DNA of 64,000 nucleotides, taken from IMG/VR virus record IMGVR_UViG_3300044729_002129, positions 54,056 to 118,055 of that record. One strand, written 5' to 3'. Numbering within the stretch: the stretch's first letter is position 1; every line of letters starts with the position of its first letter. Shown here one piece after another: positions 20,448 through 29,527 of the stretch. The translations under genes and the position numbers were made by a program. The stretch is from a virus. The notes under the pieces were generated by a model, which saw only the letters and a program-made list of their open reading frames with translations, made no database searches and was not told where the DNA came from.

Positions 20448-21082
20448 AAACAAGAGGTAACTGGAATGCTACGTATGAAAACATGCGTTATACTTATGAT
20501 CTAAACAAAAATAGTGTTGTACTAGACTTTGGTGGTTTTACAGGTGGATTCGCTGAAAAGATTACGTCTAAATATGGATGTAAAGTTTATATTTATGAAG
20601 CTGTCAATCGTTACTACCAACAGATTGTTAATAAAAATAACCCAAACCTAATTCCATTCAATTGTGGTGTGAGTACCCTAAACGGAAAAACTCATATTCA
20701 CGTATGTGATGAAGGTAGTGCTATTGGCAATTACGCCGAACAAAAGAAAAAAAATGATAAAAACAGCTCTTATCAAAGTAACGTTGCTAAGTTTGCACAC
20801 GAACCACCAGAAGAAATTGTTGTTCGTGACGTAGTACAAATACTAAATGAATATGATCATGTTGATTTGTTAAAGATCAATATTGAAGGAATTGAATATG
20901 AAATTCTACCACGAATTATTAGTAGTGGTCATATCAATAAAATAAAGCATCTACAAATTCAGTTTCATGATTTTGTTAATAATGGTGAGTTTTTGCATGA
21001 ACACATAACCACAGAATTAAAAAAGAGTCATAACTTGGTGTTTGAAAGTATGTGGAACTGGTCATTCTTTACAAAGAAATAA
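20444..21082 (+). CDS. FkbM-family methyltransferase
   Basis: VLDFGGFTG, DLLKINIEGIEY, QIQFH. Confidence 0.85.
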   Translation: MKTRGNWNATYENMRYTYDLNKNSVVLDFGGFTGGFAEKITSKYGCKVYIYEAVNRYYQQIVNKNNPNLIPFNCGVSTLNGKTHIHVCDEGSAIGNYAEQKKKNDKNSSYQSNVAKFAHEPPEEIVVRDVVQILNEYDHVDLLKINIEGIEYEILPRIISSGHINKIKHLQIQFHDFVNNGEFLHEHITTELKKSHNLVFESMWNWSFFTKK

Positions 21083-21083
21083 T

Positions 21084-21869
21084 ATGCCTCATGTAACGTC
21101 AGGTGGCGGTGGTATGGGTAATCAGATAAAAAAGTTTATCTCAGCTCTTAGATTGCATCCAGAATCCAAGAGTCACATGTGCTATTTTGGAAATATATTC
21201 AAAGACAAAACCCTATGTCAGTTGGATTCCAAACAACAATATACACCTCTTAATACATGGAGAATAGTAACTTTGCCGTCAGATTCAGAAATACCTGCTG
21301 GATTTTGTAAATTTTCTACGTCAGACAAAGGATTTCATAATTGTGATGTTAATGGTCGTAACGTTGATCATGAATATCTTAGAATACCACATAGTTTTAG
21401 AAAAAAAATAATCAATCTAGTTCAAAATAGATTACAATATAGTGATTTAGTAAACAATAAAGTCGATGATTTTATTAAAAATCATGGAAGTTATAGTTCG
21501 GTTCATATTCGTAGTTTTAAAGCAGATAACTTTTCCAATGATAAATCATCACGATACGCTTTGGAACGACATTTAAACTGGGTAAATGTTGGCCGACAAA
21601 CGTGTATAGACTACATCAATAACTTGTCTGACAATAAAATATTGATATCATCTGACTCTCAATCAGAATTTAATCTGGTAAAATCTCAATGTCACAACAA
21701 GCAATTTATTAGATATGTAACAAACAATTCTGAAAGATCACATGAAGATGATTTTATAGACATGGTTTTGTTATCCAAAGGAAATCATATGGTTCTAAAC
21801 ACCATAAGTACATATTCAGAAGTTGCTTGGTATTTAAGTGGTTGTAATGAAAATATACATCTATGTTAA
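21084..21869 (+). CDS. Fucosyltransferase-like GT-B (GT11/GT23/NodZ-like)
   Basis: GGMGNQ, SVHIRS, ISSD, DMVLLSK...STYS. Confidence 0.7.
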   Translation: MPHVTSGGGGMGNQIKKFISALRLHPESKSHMCYFGNIFKDKTLCQLDSKQQYTPLNTWRIVTLPSDSEIPAGFCKFSTSDKGFHNCDVNGRNVDHEYLRIPHSFRKKIINLVQNRLQYSDLVNNKVDDFIKNHGSYSSVHIRSFKADNFSNDKSSRYALERHLNWVNVGRQTCIDYINNLSDNKILISSDSQSEFNLVKSQCHNKQFIRYVTNNSERSHEDDFIDMVLLSKGNHMVLNTISTYSEVAWYLSGCNENIHLC

Positions 21870-22693
21870 GATATGATAATTCAATTATTGTTATACTAGA
21901 TGGTGGTCTTGGAAATAAGTTCAATGGACTATTTCAGTGTATATATTTGTCTAATCTACACCACAAGAAATTAGTTATTAACAACCTCAGAAATCACTCA
22001 ACCGATTTTGATTTGAGATTGTTGCTTGAGTTTAATTTTGAGTATATTGAAAATACACTTACTGACTTAGATAAGAAATTAGACCCATCCATTCCATTAT
22101 ACGCACATAGACAAGATATCAAATATAACAGATTAGTATTTTTAAACCAATCTATTCAAAATCACAATTCATTTGCATATCTAACCAATAACATTCATGT
22201 ACCTACGTCGAATCTCAAAGATTGTTATAGTAGTGTAAAAATAAACAACTATGTTAAAAATGAGGTGCTTAGATTTGTACTATCAAATAACATAGATAAA
22301 AACACACTAGGTCTTCACATAAGAGCGTCCGATTTTCCATCCAGAGACTCAAATATTGAGTTTGCCAAGAACTTTATTGATAAAAATCAAGACAAAAAAA
22401 TCTTTGTATGTACCGATGAAAAAGAAGTAGAACAATCACTAAAATCAAATAAAAACCTAATATTTTATCCAAAATTATATTATACCGAAAAGTTTGACAA
22501 GTCGAGTGGTTGGAATGGATCCATCGTTGACAATGATAATAGAAGATGGAACTATAACGCTGCAAGAAACGAACCATCAATGATAGAAGCATTTATAGAA
22601 ATGTTGATATTATCAAAAACAACCATTAATGGTAATCCAAAAAGTTCATTTTTAGGATGGTCTAAACGATTTGGAGAAAGCAATTTAATATGA
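21863..22693 (+). CDS. Fucosyltransferase-like GT-B (paralog of 21084)
   Basis: GGLGNK, GLHIRASD, FVCTD, EMLILSK..SSF. Confidence 0.72.
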   Translation: MLRYDNSIIVILDGGLGNKFNGLFQCIYLSNLHHKKLVINNLRNHSTDFDLRLLLEFNFEYIENTLTDLDKKLDPSIPLYAHRQDIKYNRLVFLNQSIQNHNSFAYLTNNIHVPTSNLKDCYSSVKINNYVKNEVLRFVLSNNIDKNTLGLHIRASDFPSRDSNIEFAKNFIDKNQDKKIFVCTDEKEVEQSLKSNKNLIFYPKLYYTEKFDKSSGWNGSIVDNDNRRWNYNAARNEPSMIEAFIEMLILSKTTINGNPKSSFLGWSKRFGESNLI

Positions 22694-23277
22694 ATATAGA
22701 AGAATCAAGAAAACTAGAACGAGATAAGTATGAATCTATTTACGTAGATAAAGATCAACACTATAGAAAAAAAAATGATTCTAGAGGATATGGTCGAGGA
22801 AATCATGGAAAAAACATAATGTCATATATATTACGTATAAAACCCACATCGGTTTTAGACATAGGATGTGGATTTGGTAATTTTTGTGACTCTATAGAGA
22901 AATCAGGAGTTGAAAAAGTATATGGAATGGACATTGCTTCAGTAAAAACTGGTAATGTTATCGATAATCCAAACATTAAATTTATAGATGGTGAAGCTCA
23001 TCAACTTCCGTTTGAAGATAATTCTATAGATATAATAACATCATTTGATTGTTTAGAACACTGCTTAGAAAACGATATAGATGTAATTTTTGCAGAAATG
23101 AACCGAGTTGTTAAAAATAGATGTGTGTTTTCTATTGCATATAGACAATCAGGTGAAGATACAAATGGGGTAATACTTCATATGACAGTTAAACCAGAAA
23201 GTTGGTGGATTGAGAAATTAAATAAACTATTCACCGTGGAGAAATCGGGTGGTTATCTGATATGTATTAAAAGATGA
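22690..23277 (+). CDS. Class I SAM methyltransferase (Methyltransf_11-like)
   Basis: VLDIGCGFG, LPFEDNSID, DCLEH. Confidence 0.88.
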   Translation: MNIEESRKLERDKYESIYVDKDQHYRKKNDSRGYGRGNHGKNIMSYILRIKPTSVLDIGCGFGNFCDSIEKSGVEKVYGMDIASVKTGNVIDNPNIKFIDGEAHQLPFEDNSIDIITSFDCLEHCLENDIDVIFAEMNRVVKNRCVFSIAYRQSGEDTNGVILHMTVKPESWWIEKLNKLFTVEKSGGYLICIKR

Positions 23278-23314
23278 AAATTAGTTTTATTTTACCAAGT
23301 AGATATATATTAAT

Positions 23315-23911
23315 ATGCGGCCAATTGAATCTTCTACAAAATTAAAAAAGTGTAAAAATTGTGGTTTGATCATGGAAAAATCAAAAACCATGAGTTGGAA
23401 CACATACCAAACAAAAAAGAAATATTGTTCTAAGAATTGTGGTACTATTTTTCAATTTCGTAATGGAATGCCTAACACACACAAACAAAAAATTTCCGAT
23501 TCTCTAAAAGGCAGACAACCTTGGAATTTTAAAAACGCAACTATAAAAAAATGCATATATTGCGGAAACTCCTATAAGGCGGTTGGTAAACGAAAATATA
23601 CTGGAAAGTATTGTAGTATGTTATGTAGAACTAAACACGCATATATCAACGAAGATATAAATAAAATCAATTATTATAAAAAAGTTTGGAAAATAACCGA
23701 ATCACAGCCTTTACATTTGTTAGATGGTTATAATCGTTGTAAAAGAACACGAGTTGATATAGATAAAAATGCTTTTCACATCGATCATATAAAACCAATA
23801 ATATATGGTTATAAAAATAATATACCTCCCGAAGAAATAGGAAATATCAACAATTTACGTTTTATATCAGCCGTAGAAAATCACAAAAAAAGTAAAAACA
23901 TTAAATTATGA
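23315..23911 (+). CDS. Free-standing HNH homing endonuclease with Cys-rich and NUMOD3-like segments
   Basis: HIDHIKP...NLRFISAVENHKK; CxxC and YCS motifs; HKQKISDSLKG. Confidence 0.78.
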   Translation: MRPIESSTKLKKCKNCGLIMEKSKTMSWNTYQTKKKYCSKNCGTIFQFRNGMPNTHKQKISDSLKGRQPWNFKNATIKKCIYCGNSYKAVGKRKYTGKYCSMLCRTKHAYINEDINKINYYKKVWKITESQPLHLLDGYNRCKRTRVDIDKNAFHIDHIKPIIYGYKNNIPPEEIGNINNLRFISAVENHKKSKNIKL

Positions 23912-25125
23912 ATATTAGTCTGGTTATACCCGCAAGAAACAATCTAAAATATTTAAAGTGGTGTTACGAATCCCTACGTTCAAATCTAAGCCACAAAGAA
24001 CACGAAGTATGCGTTGCAGACGATGCTAGTAGTGACGGCACATGGGATTGGTGTCAAGAAATGATTAAATCAGATCCATATTTCAGAGCTATCCGTAATG
24101 ATGGTCCAACTAGAAAGGGTATGACTGAATTATATAACACGTTGGTTCACGATGTGGCTACCAACGACATTGTTATGATTTATCATGCCGACATGTATAT
24201 TTCAAAGAACGCAGATCTATTAATTGAAAAACATCTCAAACCACAGACCATTGTGTGTTTGACTCGTATAGAACCACCACTTCATCCTGGTGGACCAGAG
24301 AAGATCGTTCAAGACTTTGGTATGGAACCAGAGAACTTTAAAAAACAAGCGTTTGACAAGTGGATGATTGACACAAAATTATCTCGCAAAGAAAAGGTTA
24401 CAGAAGGTGTTTTTGCTCCATGGGCAATTTATAAGGAAGACTTTAATAAGATAGGTGGACACGATTTGTTGTTTGCACCAACCTCCAAAGAAGACAGCGA
24501 TATATTCAATAGATTTTTATTGAGTGGATACAAGTTTATCCAATTGTGGGAAGCTTGTGTGTATCACTTAACTTGTAGAGGAAGTAGATTCAATCCAACC
24601 ATTACTTCAATCGGAAAGGATAGTGAAGAGTGGCAAAATCAAAACGTCAAGAGTGCCAGAAACTTTATTCGTAAGTGGGGTCATTTTGTAAAACACAATG
24701 ATACAATGAAACCAATCGTTCCAAATAGATATGACGTTGGTTTTGTAGTCATGAATATTGATGAATATAAACTGCTTCTATTAGAACCTTGGTGCGATAC
24801 CATCTATTCTGATGCACCATATGAACGTTATGTGAATGTAGAACAAAAAAATACACGTATTGATATTTCAAAGAAACTAAAAAGTCTAGAGGATCAACGT
24901 ACAAACGATGTATTAATTGAGTTTGATGCTACAAAGTTGACCAATAAATCTTTTGAGTTTTTCAACATGATACAATTAATGTTGGAAGATAGTGGTCAGA
25001 TTGGTATCATGGAATATGACATTTTTAAAATCAAAGTTAATAAATTGGTTGATTATAAAAATAATCTAATCGATACAAACAATGATTGGTATAAAAAGAA
25101 ACTATTAATTAAACAAACACTATGA
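23908..25125 (+). CDS. GT2 glycosyltransferase
   Basis: SLVIPARN, ADDASSDGT, HADM, IGGHD, EDSD, YH. Confidence 0.9.
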   Translation: MNISLVIPARNNLKYLKWCYESLRSNLSHKEHEVCVADDASSDGTWDWCQEMIKSDPYFRAIRNDGPTRKGMTELYNTLVHDVATNDIVMIYHADMYISKNADLLIEKHLKPQTIVCLTRIEPPLHPGGPEKIVQDFGMEPENFKKQAFDKWMIDTKLSRKEKVTEGVFAPWAIYKEDFNKIGGHDLLFAPTSKEDSDIFNRFLLSGYKFIQLWEACVYHLTCRGSRFNPTITSIGKDSEEWQNQNVKSARNFIRKWGHFVKHNDTMKPIVPNRYDVGFVVMNIDEYKLLLLEPWCDTIYSDAPYERYVNVEQKNTRIDISKKLKSLEDQRTNDVLIEFDATKLTNKSFEFFNMIQLMLEDSGQIGIMEYDIFKIKVNKLVDYKNNLIDTNNDWYKKKLLIKQTL

Positions 25126-25499
25126 ACTTAGCAGATTTTAATATTCCCTTAATCTTCTGGATATCATTTATGATGGTGGTGTGGTTTGAAAGTGATATTG
25201 TCCAAACCATTGCAAATCTAACCAATACACGAAACTTGTTGAAGATAAATGAGTTTCATAAATACAAAATGGAAGTTGATGTGATGTCTAATTATCCAGA
25301 TTTTCTGTATAGTGAGTATCCAAGCTACTTTACTAAATTAGTATCTTGTCCAATTTGTTTATGTTTTTGGTCAACACTAATAACATCCAATCTGTTAGTA
25401 TACAGCGTTGGTTATAGTCAAATATATGGCTTGTTGATATTTCCTATTAATTATATATCTAGTCTAACTATTTATTTAATTATTAAGAAGTTGTTATGA
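25122..25499 (+). CDS. Small membrane protein (DUF1360-like)
   Basis: Hydrophobic segments and LVSCPICLCFW. Confidence 0.55.
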   Translation: MNLADFNIPLIFWISFMMVVWFESDIVQTIANLTNTRNLLKINEFHKYKMEVDVMSNYPDFLYSEYPSYFTKLVSCPICLCFWSTLITSNLLVYSVGYSQIYGLLIFPINYISSLTIYLIIKKLL

Positions 25500-25777
25500 C
25501 AATTAGTAGCTATCAACAATTTTTCAATTCTATCAAAGGTAAGAATCTTCCAATAGAAGGTCAATTATCTAATTGTATTACTTTGTTAAATAACATCTGT
25601 AGTTGTAAGAAACAACAAAAAGCTAATAAATCAGAAGAATGTAATGTGTTGTACATCACATTCATCAAAACACAATCAGATGCTTATATCAATTTATTTA
25701 GAACTATGACTACTGATGAGTATATCGTCTTCAATCATAATGCTCATCATGAAATCAAACGTATAAAGTTAAGATAA
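25496..25777 (+). CDS. Hypothetical protein
   Basis: ATGA overlap with the previous gene; CSC motif. Confidence 0.6.
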   Translation: MTISSYQQFFNSIKGKNLPIEGQLSNCITLLNNICSCKKQQKANKSEECNVLYITFIKTQSDAYINLFRTMTTDEYIVFNHNAHHEIKRIKLR

Positions 25778-26416
25778 ATTGTTTAACACTTTGATTTCAA
25801 GCAAAGCATCAGTTACAATTTTTACAATAGTTGCATTCTTTGTAATATCCCCACCTTGATTTGACACATCTTCCCATTCAATCTTTAGATCAGCACGCTT
25901 TCTAACCTTTGGATCGTTGATTAGTTCATGTTCATTCGGCGCAGTTTGATAAACCTTAGTTTGTTTATTTTTGCTAAATCTCTTACCTTGAGGCATAGGA
26001 GACATTACATACTTGGTAACATGAATCAACTTGCCACCTTGTTTGTTTTGAAGCCAAGCACATTCATCTTCAATATAGTGATCGTATCGTATATCAGTGA
26101 TAAATACCACATCCGCATTTGATTTACCAAGACGTTGTTCAACCTTTTGAGTCCAATATTTACCCTCAGTAATTTTACGCATTACATCACCATAGGCAAC
26201 CAATAGTGGTCTGATAATGTTTTTCTCTTCAGTATTTTCTGTAAATACATCAATACCAGTTTTTGCATGAATCAAATCTTTGAGATCGCTTTTGAGTTCA
26301 TAAGCCAAAGCAAACCTCTCCGTTTTAAGACCACGTTGTTTTAATACTTCTTGTGCTACGGTTGTAAATAAATCCTTACCACTACGAGCAACTCCTGATA
26401 TGCCGATTAATTTCAT
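25769..26416 (-). CDS. Deoxynucleoside monophosphate kinase
   Basis: IGISGVARSGKD P-loop, FALAYELK, RPLLVAYG, ITDIRY. Confidence 0.85.
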   Translation of the reverse strand: MKLIGISGVARSGKDLFTTVAQEVLKQRGLKTERFALAYELKSDLKDLIHAKTGIDVFTENTEEKNIIRPLLVAYGDVMRKITEGKYWTQKVEQRLGKSNADVVFITDIRYDHYIEDECAWLQNKQGGKLIHVTKYVMSPMPQGKRFSKNKQTKVYQTAPNEHELINDPKVRKRADLKIEWEDVSNQGGDITKNATIVKIVTDALLEIKVLNNLS

Positions 26417-27111
26417 GATATTATATTTTTTTTATGTATACATCCTTCCGATGACAATTTTCCTTTATAGAAAACAACGTCATGTGGAGTAAATTTTCTT
26501 TTTTGTTTTTTAAAAGCTATTATGCTATCGTGGAAACTTATTGATTCAATATTGTTTGTATAATATGTTGGTTTTAGATGATTTGATTCAGAAAAATATG
26601 CGTTCAACTGATCAATCAGATGTTTTGAATACTCAACACAACTAGATGGTAGTTTATATCCACCATTACAATCTTTCCAATAAGAGGTGTGTGTGTCTTC
26701 AATTAAATAGATACCACCATCCACAATGTGTGGAAATAACCACTCAAATGTATTAATTTGATGTTGGTTTATATGACTACCATCATCTAGAACAATATCA
26801 AAACTACCATATTTTTCAATCAGACTTTCAATGAAGTTTTTGTCATTTTGATCTCCTATATGAATATCTATTCCATCACATTCAAGTTCTTTACAAGAAC
26901 TATTAATGTCAATTCCAACAATTTTACTATCCTTATGAAAGTAACTCTTCCACATTCTAGTAGATCCACCAGCTAGAACTCCTATCTCTAACATTAAAAT
27001 AGGTTTATCTCTATACTTAGCAAAGTAATTTTCATAAATATCAAAATAATGTTCCCACTTACACACGGGATATTCGCTGATTTCGAAACAATATTTTTGT
27101 AAATCGTTCAT
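26413..27111 (-). CDS. SAM methyltransferase (sugar O-methyltransferase-like)
   Basis: KWEHYFDIY, LEIGVLAGGS, GDQND, DIVLDDGSH, GGIYLIED; start moved to ATG 27111. Confidence 0.88.
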   Translation of the reverse strand: MNDLQKYCFEISEYPVCKWEHYFDIYENYFAKYRDKPILMLEIGVLAGGSTRMWKSYFHKDSKIVGIDINSSCKELECDGIDIHIGDQNDKNFIESLIEKYGSFDIVLDDGSHINQHQINTFEWLFPHIVDGGIYLIEDTHTSYWKDCNGGYKLPSSCVEYSKHLIDQLNAYFSESNHLKPTYYTNNIESISFHDSIIAFKKQKRKFTPHDVVFYKGKLSSEGCIHKKNIIS

Positions 27112-27112
27112 A

Positions 27113-27589
27113 TTATTCAAATAACTTTTCCGTTTCTTTTTCAGAATAACCATGTGATTTGATCAACTCAATCATTTTGGTCAAACCTGTTTCGTGTGAA
27201 ATAAGTATGTTGTAATAATCCGTAGCATCTTTAGATCCCACATTAAAATATGAACAAAGACAATTAAGTATTGTTTCATTAACTGCCTTCTTGCTACTCT
27301 TGATATATGGACTAAATCCATAACTCTTTGGCAAAGCGTTAATTAAAAGTTTGTAGAATTGTTTCTCAGGCAATACCTCAAAGTATTTTGATACATATGA
27401 GATTTCCTCAATAATTGTTTTGTCCATACTAAGTACACGTAAAATCATGTACTTACTAAATGTCTTTCGGTCGGATTCACTCAATGAGTCATAATAATCA
27501 GGATCTTGTGTTTGTCGAATATGTTTTACATGGTCAAACAAACCTTTAACCTTTATTGTTTCTTCCGTTGTTTTCTTTTTTGATTTCAT
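27113..27589 (-). CDS. Clamp loader small subunit (gp62-like)
   Basis: FSKYMILRVLSMD and overall size resemble T4-like gp62. Confidence 0.6.
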   Translation of the reverse strand: MKSKKKTTEETIKVKGLFDHVKHIRQTQDPDYYDSLSESDRKTFSKYMILRVLSMDKTIIEEISYVSKYFEVLPEKQFYKLLINALPKSYGFSPYIKSSKKAVNETILNCLCSYFNVGSKDATDYYNILISHETGLTKMIELIKSHGYSEKETEKLFE

Positions 27590-27806
27590 TACTATGAATT
27601 CTAACCCTACGTTTTAATTCCTCAAGATCTTTTACCATCTTGATTCGTTCAGCCGAAAGAATCTCCAATATCTCAACCATATTGGTTTGCAAGTCATCAA
27701 ACTTTTGTACAAGTTTGTATGTGATAACAATCGATGCAATAGAAAACGTGGTTGCCACCATTAGTAGCAACCACATAATAACATCGTTAGATGTTGTTTG
27801 GTTCAT
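27546..27806 (-). CDS. Small membrane-anchored coiled-coil protein
   Basis: One transmembrane segment followed by a helical tail. Confidence 0.5.
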   Translation of the reverse strand: MNQTTSNDVIMWLLLMVATTFSIASIVITYKLVQKFDDLQTNMVEILEILSAERIKMVKDLEELKRRVRIHSNEIKKENNGRNNKG

Positions 27807-28060
27807 TACTTGGTAGCGGTCTTAGCGGAAGTAACAGACTTAGCTGAGGCGGTCGAAGTAGAGGTGTAACCAGCATTCAAGACTTCACGTAGAGCCTTAA
27901 TCTGACGACCATCTAGGTCAACACGGGTCTTACCAGAGCGAATGGTTAGACGAGCAGCCTTCTTAGCCTTTGGCATTGGGGTTGAGAGATATAGTTCAAC
28001 ACCAGTGGAATTGTGGCCTACGAAGTTAGTCTTGTTACGAGCGTTTGTACGAGTATACAT
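27806..28060 (-). CDS. Small basic hypothetical protein
   Basis: 84 aa, K/R-rich, with its own sigma70-like promoter. Confidence 0.65.
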   Translation of the reverse strand: MYTRTNARNKTNFVGHNSTGVELYLSTPMPKAKKAARLTIRSGKTRVDLDGRQIKALREVLNAGYTSTSTASAKSVTSAKTATK

Positions 28061-28127
28061 ATTATTTTTTCTTTCTTTTTTATTTGTTTATTTTTTCGTT
28101 TCGTTAGTTCATCACCAACTTGAAATT

Positions 28128-28156
28128 ACTTTACACTATTGTTTCTGTTTCGTCAA
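28128..28156 (-). promoter_or_regulatory. Sigma70-like promoter
   Basis: TTGACG-N17-TAAAGT on the minus strand. Confidence 0.6.
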
Positions 28157-28169
28157 CAACTTTGATTAA

Positions 28170-29078
28170 TTATATTTTGAATTGTGTTTCAAAACGTTCA
28201 ATAGCATAATCTTTAGCTTTGAACTCAAATTCAAAGTCTACATCAAGATCAACATATTCATCTGGAATATCACGAACATAATCACCATGCGCACGAGGAT
28301 TTTTGTTGGTTGGATCATTGTCACTAAAGTGAAATAATGCTCGATCTGGCCACGTTGATTTGGCCAGCATTGCAGCATTTTTACCAGTCAAATTACCTGG
28401 GTTGCAACGATGGTGTAAGTTATCATACGTGATTGGAATACCAGTCTTGGAATAAATTAGATCATACAGCTGTTGTACATTCCAGCTATTTGGCTTGTCT
28501 TCGTTCTCAAGCACCAGTCGAGACTTTACATTGACTGGCAATGTATTGTACACGTTGATAAACCTATCAGCGATTTGATTGAGGTCACCTTTGAAACAAT
28601 TCATATGAATGTTAATAGGAGCCTCATATGATTGAGGAAGACCAAACAAATCCATCATAGTAGCGTGGTTTGTCAATTCTACAATTGATTTAGCAGAGAC
28701 CGATGCATTACCACTAGCTGGTACAACAAATTGATCTGGATGTGTACTACAACGTACATTGTACTTTTTGATAATATCAGATGTCAACTTGAATTCTTGT
28801 AGGATTAGATTGTAATCTGGAAGAACACTAAGTGATAGATTAGCTTCTGGTAACGTAGCTAAGGGAAACAAGTCGCTTGAGATACGATAATTCCAGTTAC
28901 GTTTACCGCAAAACTCAATAGTTTTACGAGTTACAATAACATTATTAAGTGTACGTTTGGATACAATAGATAATGCGTTAGTACGTTCAAGAGCAAGAAA
29001 TCTGGTTTTGGTCATGGTATTAGCCTTGACACCTTGTTCTTGAAGTTTAAGAGAAATGCAGCACAATGATTTTTTCAT
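28170..29078 (-). CDS. uvsE: UV-damage endonuclease UvsE
   Basis: YRISSDLFP, STHPDQF, RLVLENED, DNLHH, HFS, AHGDY, EFKAKD; start ATG 29078. Confidence 0.92.
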   Translation of the reverse strand: MKKSLCCISLKLQEQGVKANTMTKTRFLALERTNALSIVSKRTLNNVIVTRKTIEFCGKRNWNYRISSDLFPLATLPEANLSLSVLPDYNLILQEFKLTSDIIKKYNVRCSTHPDQFVVPASGNASVSAKSIVELTNHATMMDLFGLPQSYEAPINIHMNCFKGDLNQIADRFINVYNTLPVNVKSRLVLENEDKPNSWNVQQLYDLIYSKTGIPITYDNLHHRCNPGNLTGKNAAMLAKSTWPDRALFHFSDNDPTNKNPRAHGDYVRDIPDEYVDLDVDFEFEFKAKDYAIERFETQFKI

Positions 29079-29085
29079 TGTATTC

Positions 29086-29113
29086 AATATAACACGATTT
29101 TATAAATTGTCAA
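29086..29113 (-). promoter_or_regulatory. Sigma70-like promoter (extended -10)
   Basis: TTGACA-N16-TATATT with an upstream TG. Confidence 0.6.
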
Positions 29114-29115
29114 TA

Positions 29116-29502
29116 TTAAACTGATCCGGTGACGCAACAATCTACACCACACACTGGACTAAAATAACCAGTGAAGGTCCAGTTTTTTTCATCGGTCTTA
29201 CTGGTCTTTTGCCAAGTAGCATATTTGTTTACACCCTGTGATAGAATATATTCATATTGATTTGTTAAGTCAACATATTCATCACTTAAACTAACAAAGT
29301 CACTGCTATCATTTTTACGATAAAAGATTTTGTTCTTATACTTTGTTAATAACTCACCTTGTTCACCTGTAAATATATCGGTAGGACTATTATCAATCTG
29401 AGCAGTACTTCTGGCGGTTTGCGCAAAATTAGCAATCTTTTGAATAAATCTTTGGAATCTATCTGAGAATGTATAATTTGAATTATCGTTGTTACTCGCC
29501 AT
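29116..29502 (-). CDS. Hypothetical protein
   Basis: Start ATG 29502 (MASNN) preceded by the TATTTAT motif. Confidence 0.6.
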   Translation of the reverse strand: MASNNDNSNYTFSDRFQRFIQKIANFAQTARSTAQIDNSPTDIFTGEQGELLTKYKNKIFYRKNDSSDFVSLSDEYVDLTNQYEYILSQGVNKYATWQKTSKTDEKNWTFTGYFSPVCGVDCCVTGSV

Positions 29503-29527
29503 ATTTACTATAATAAATAGTAAATGT

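Noticed and set aside
5836-25777. Cellular O-antigen or capsule locus (host contamination)
   Set aside because: Contiguous with phage core genes, similar composition, contains a phage-type dUTPase and HNH gene, and lacks wzx/wzy/ABC export genes
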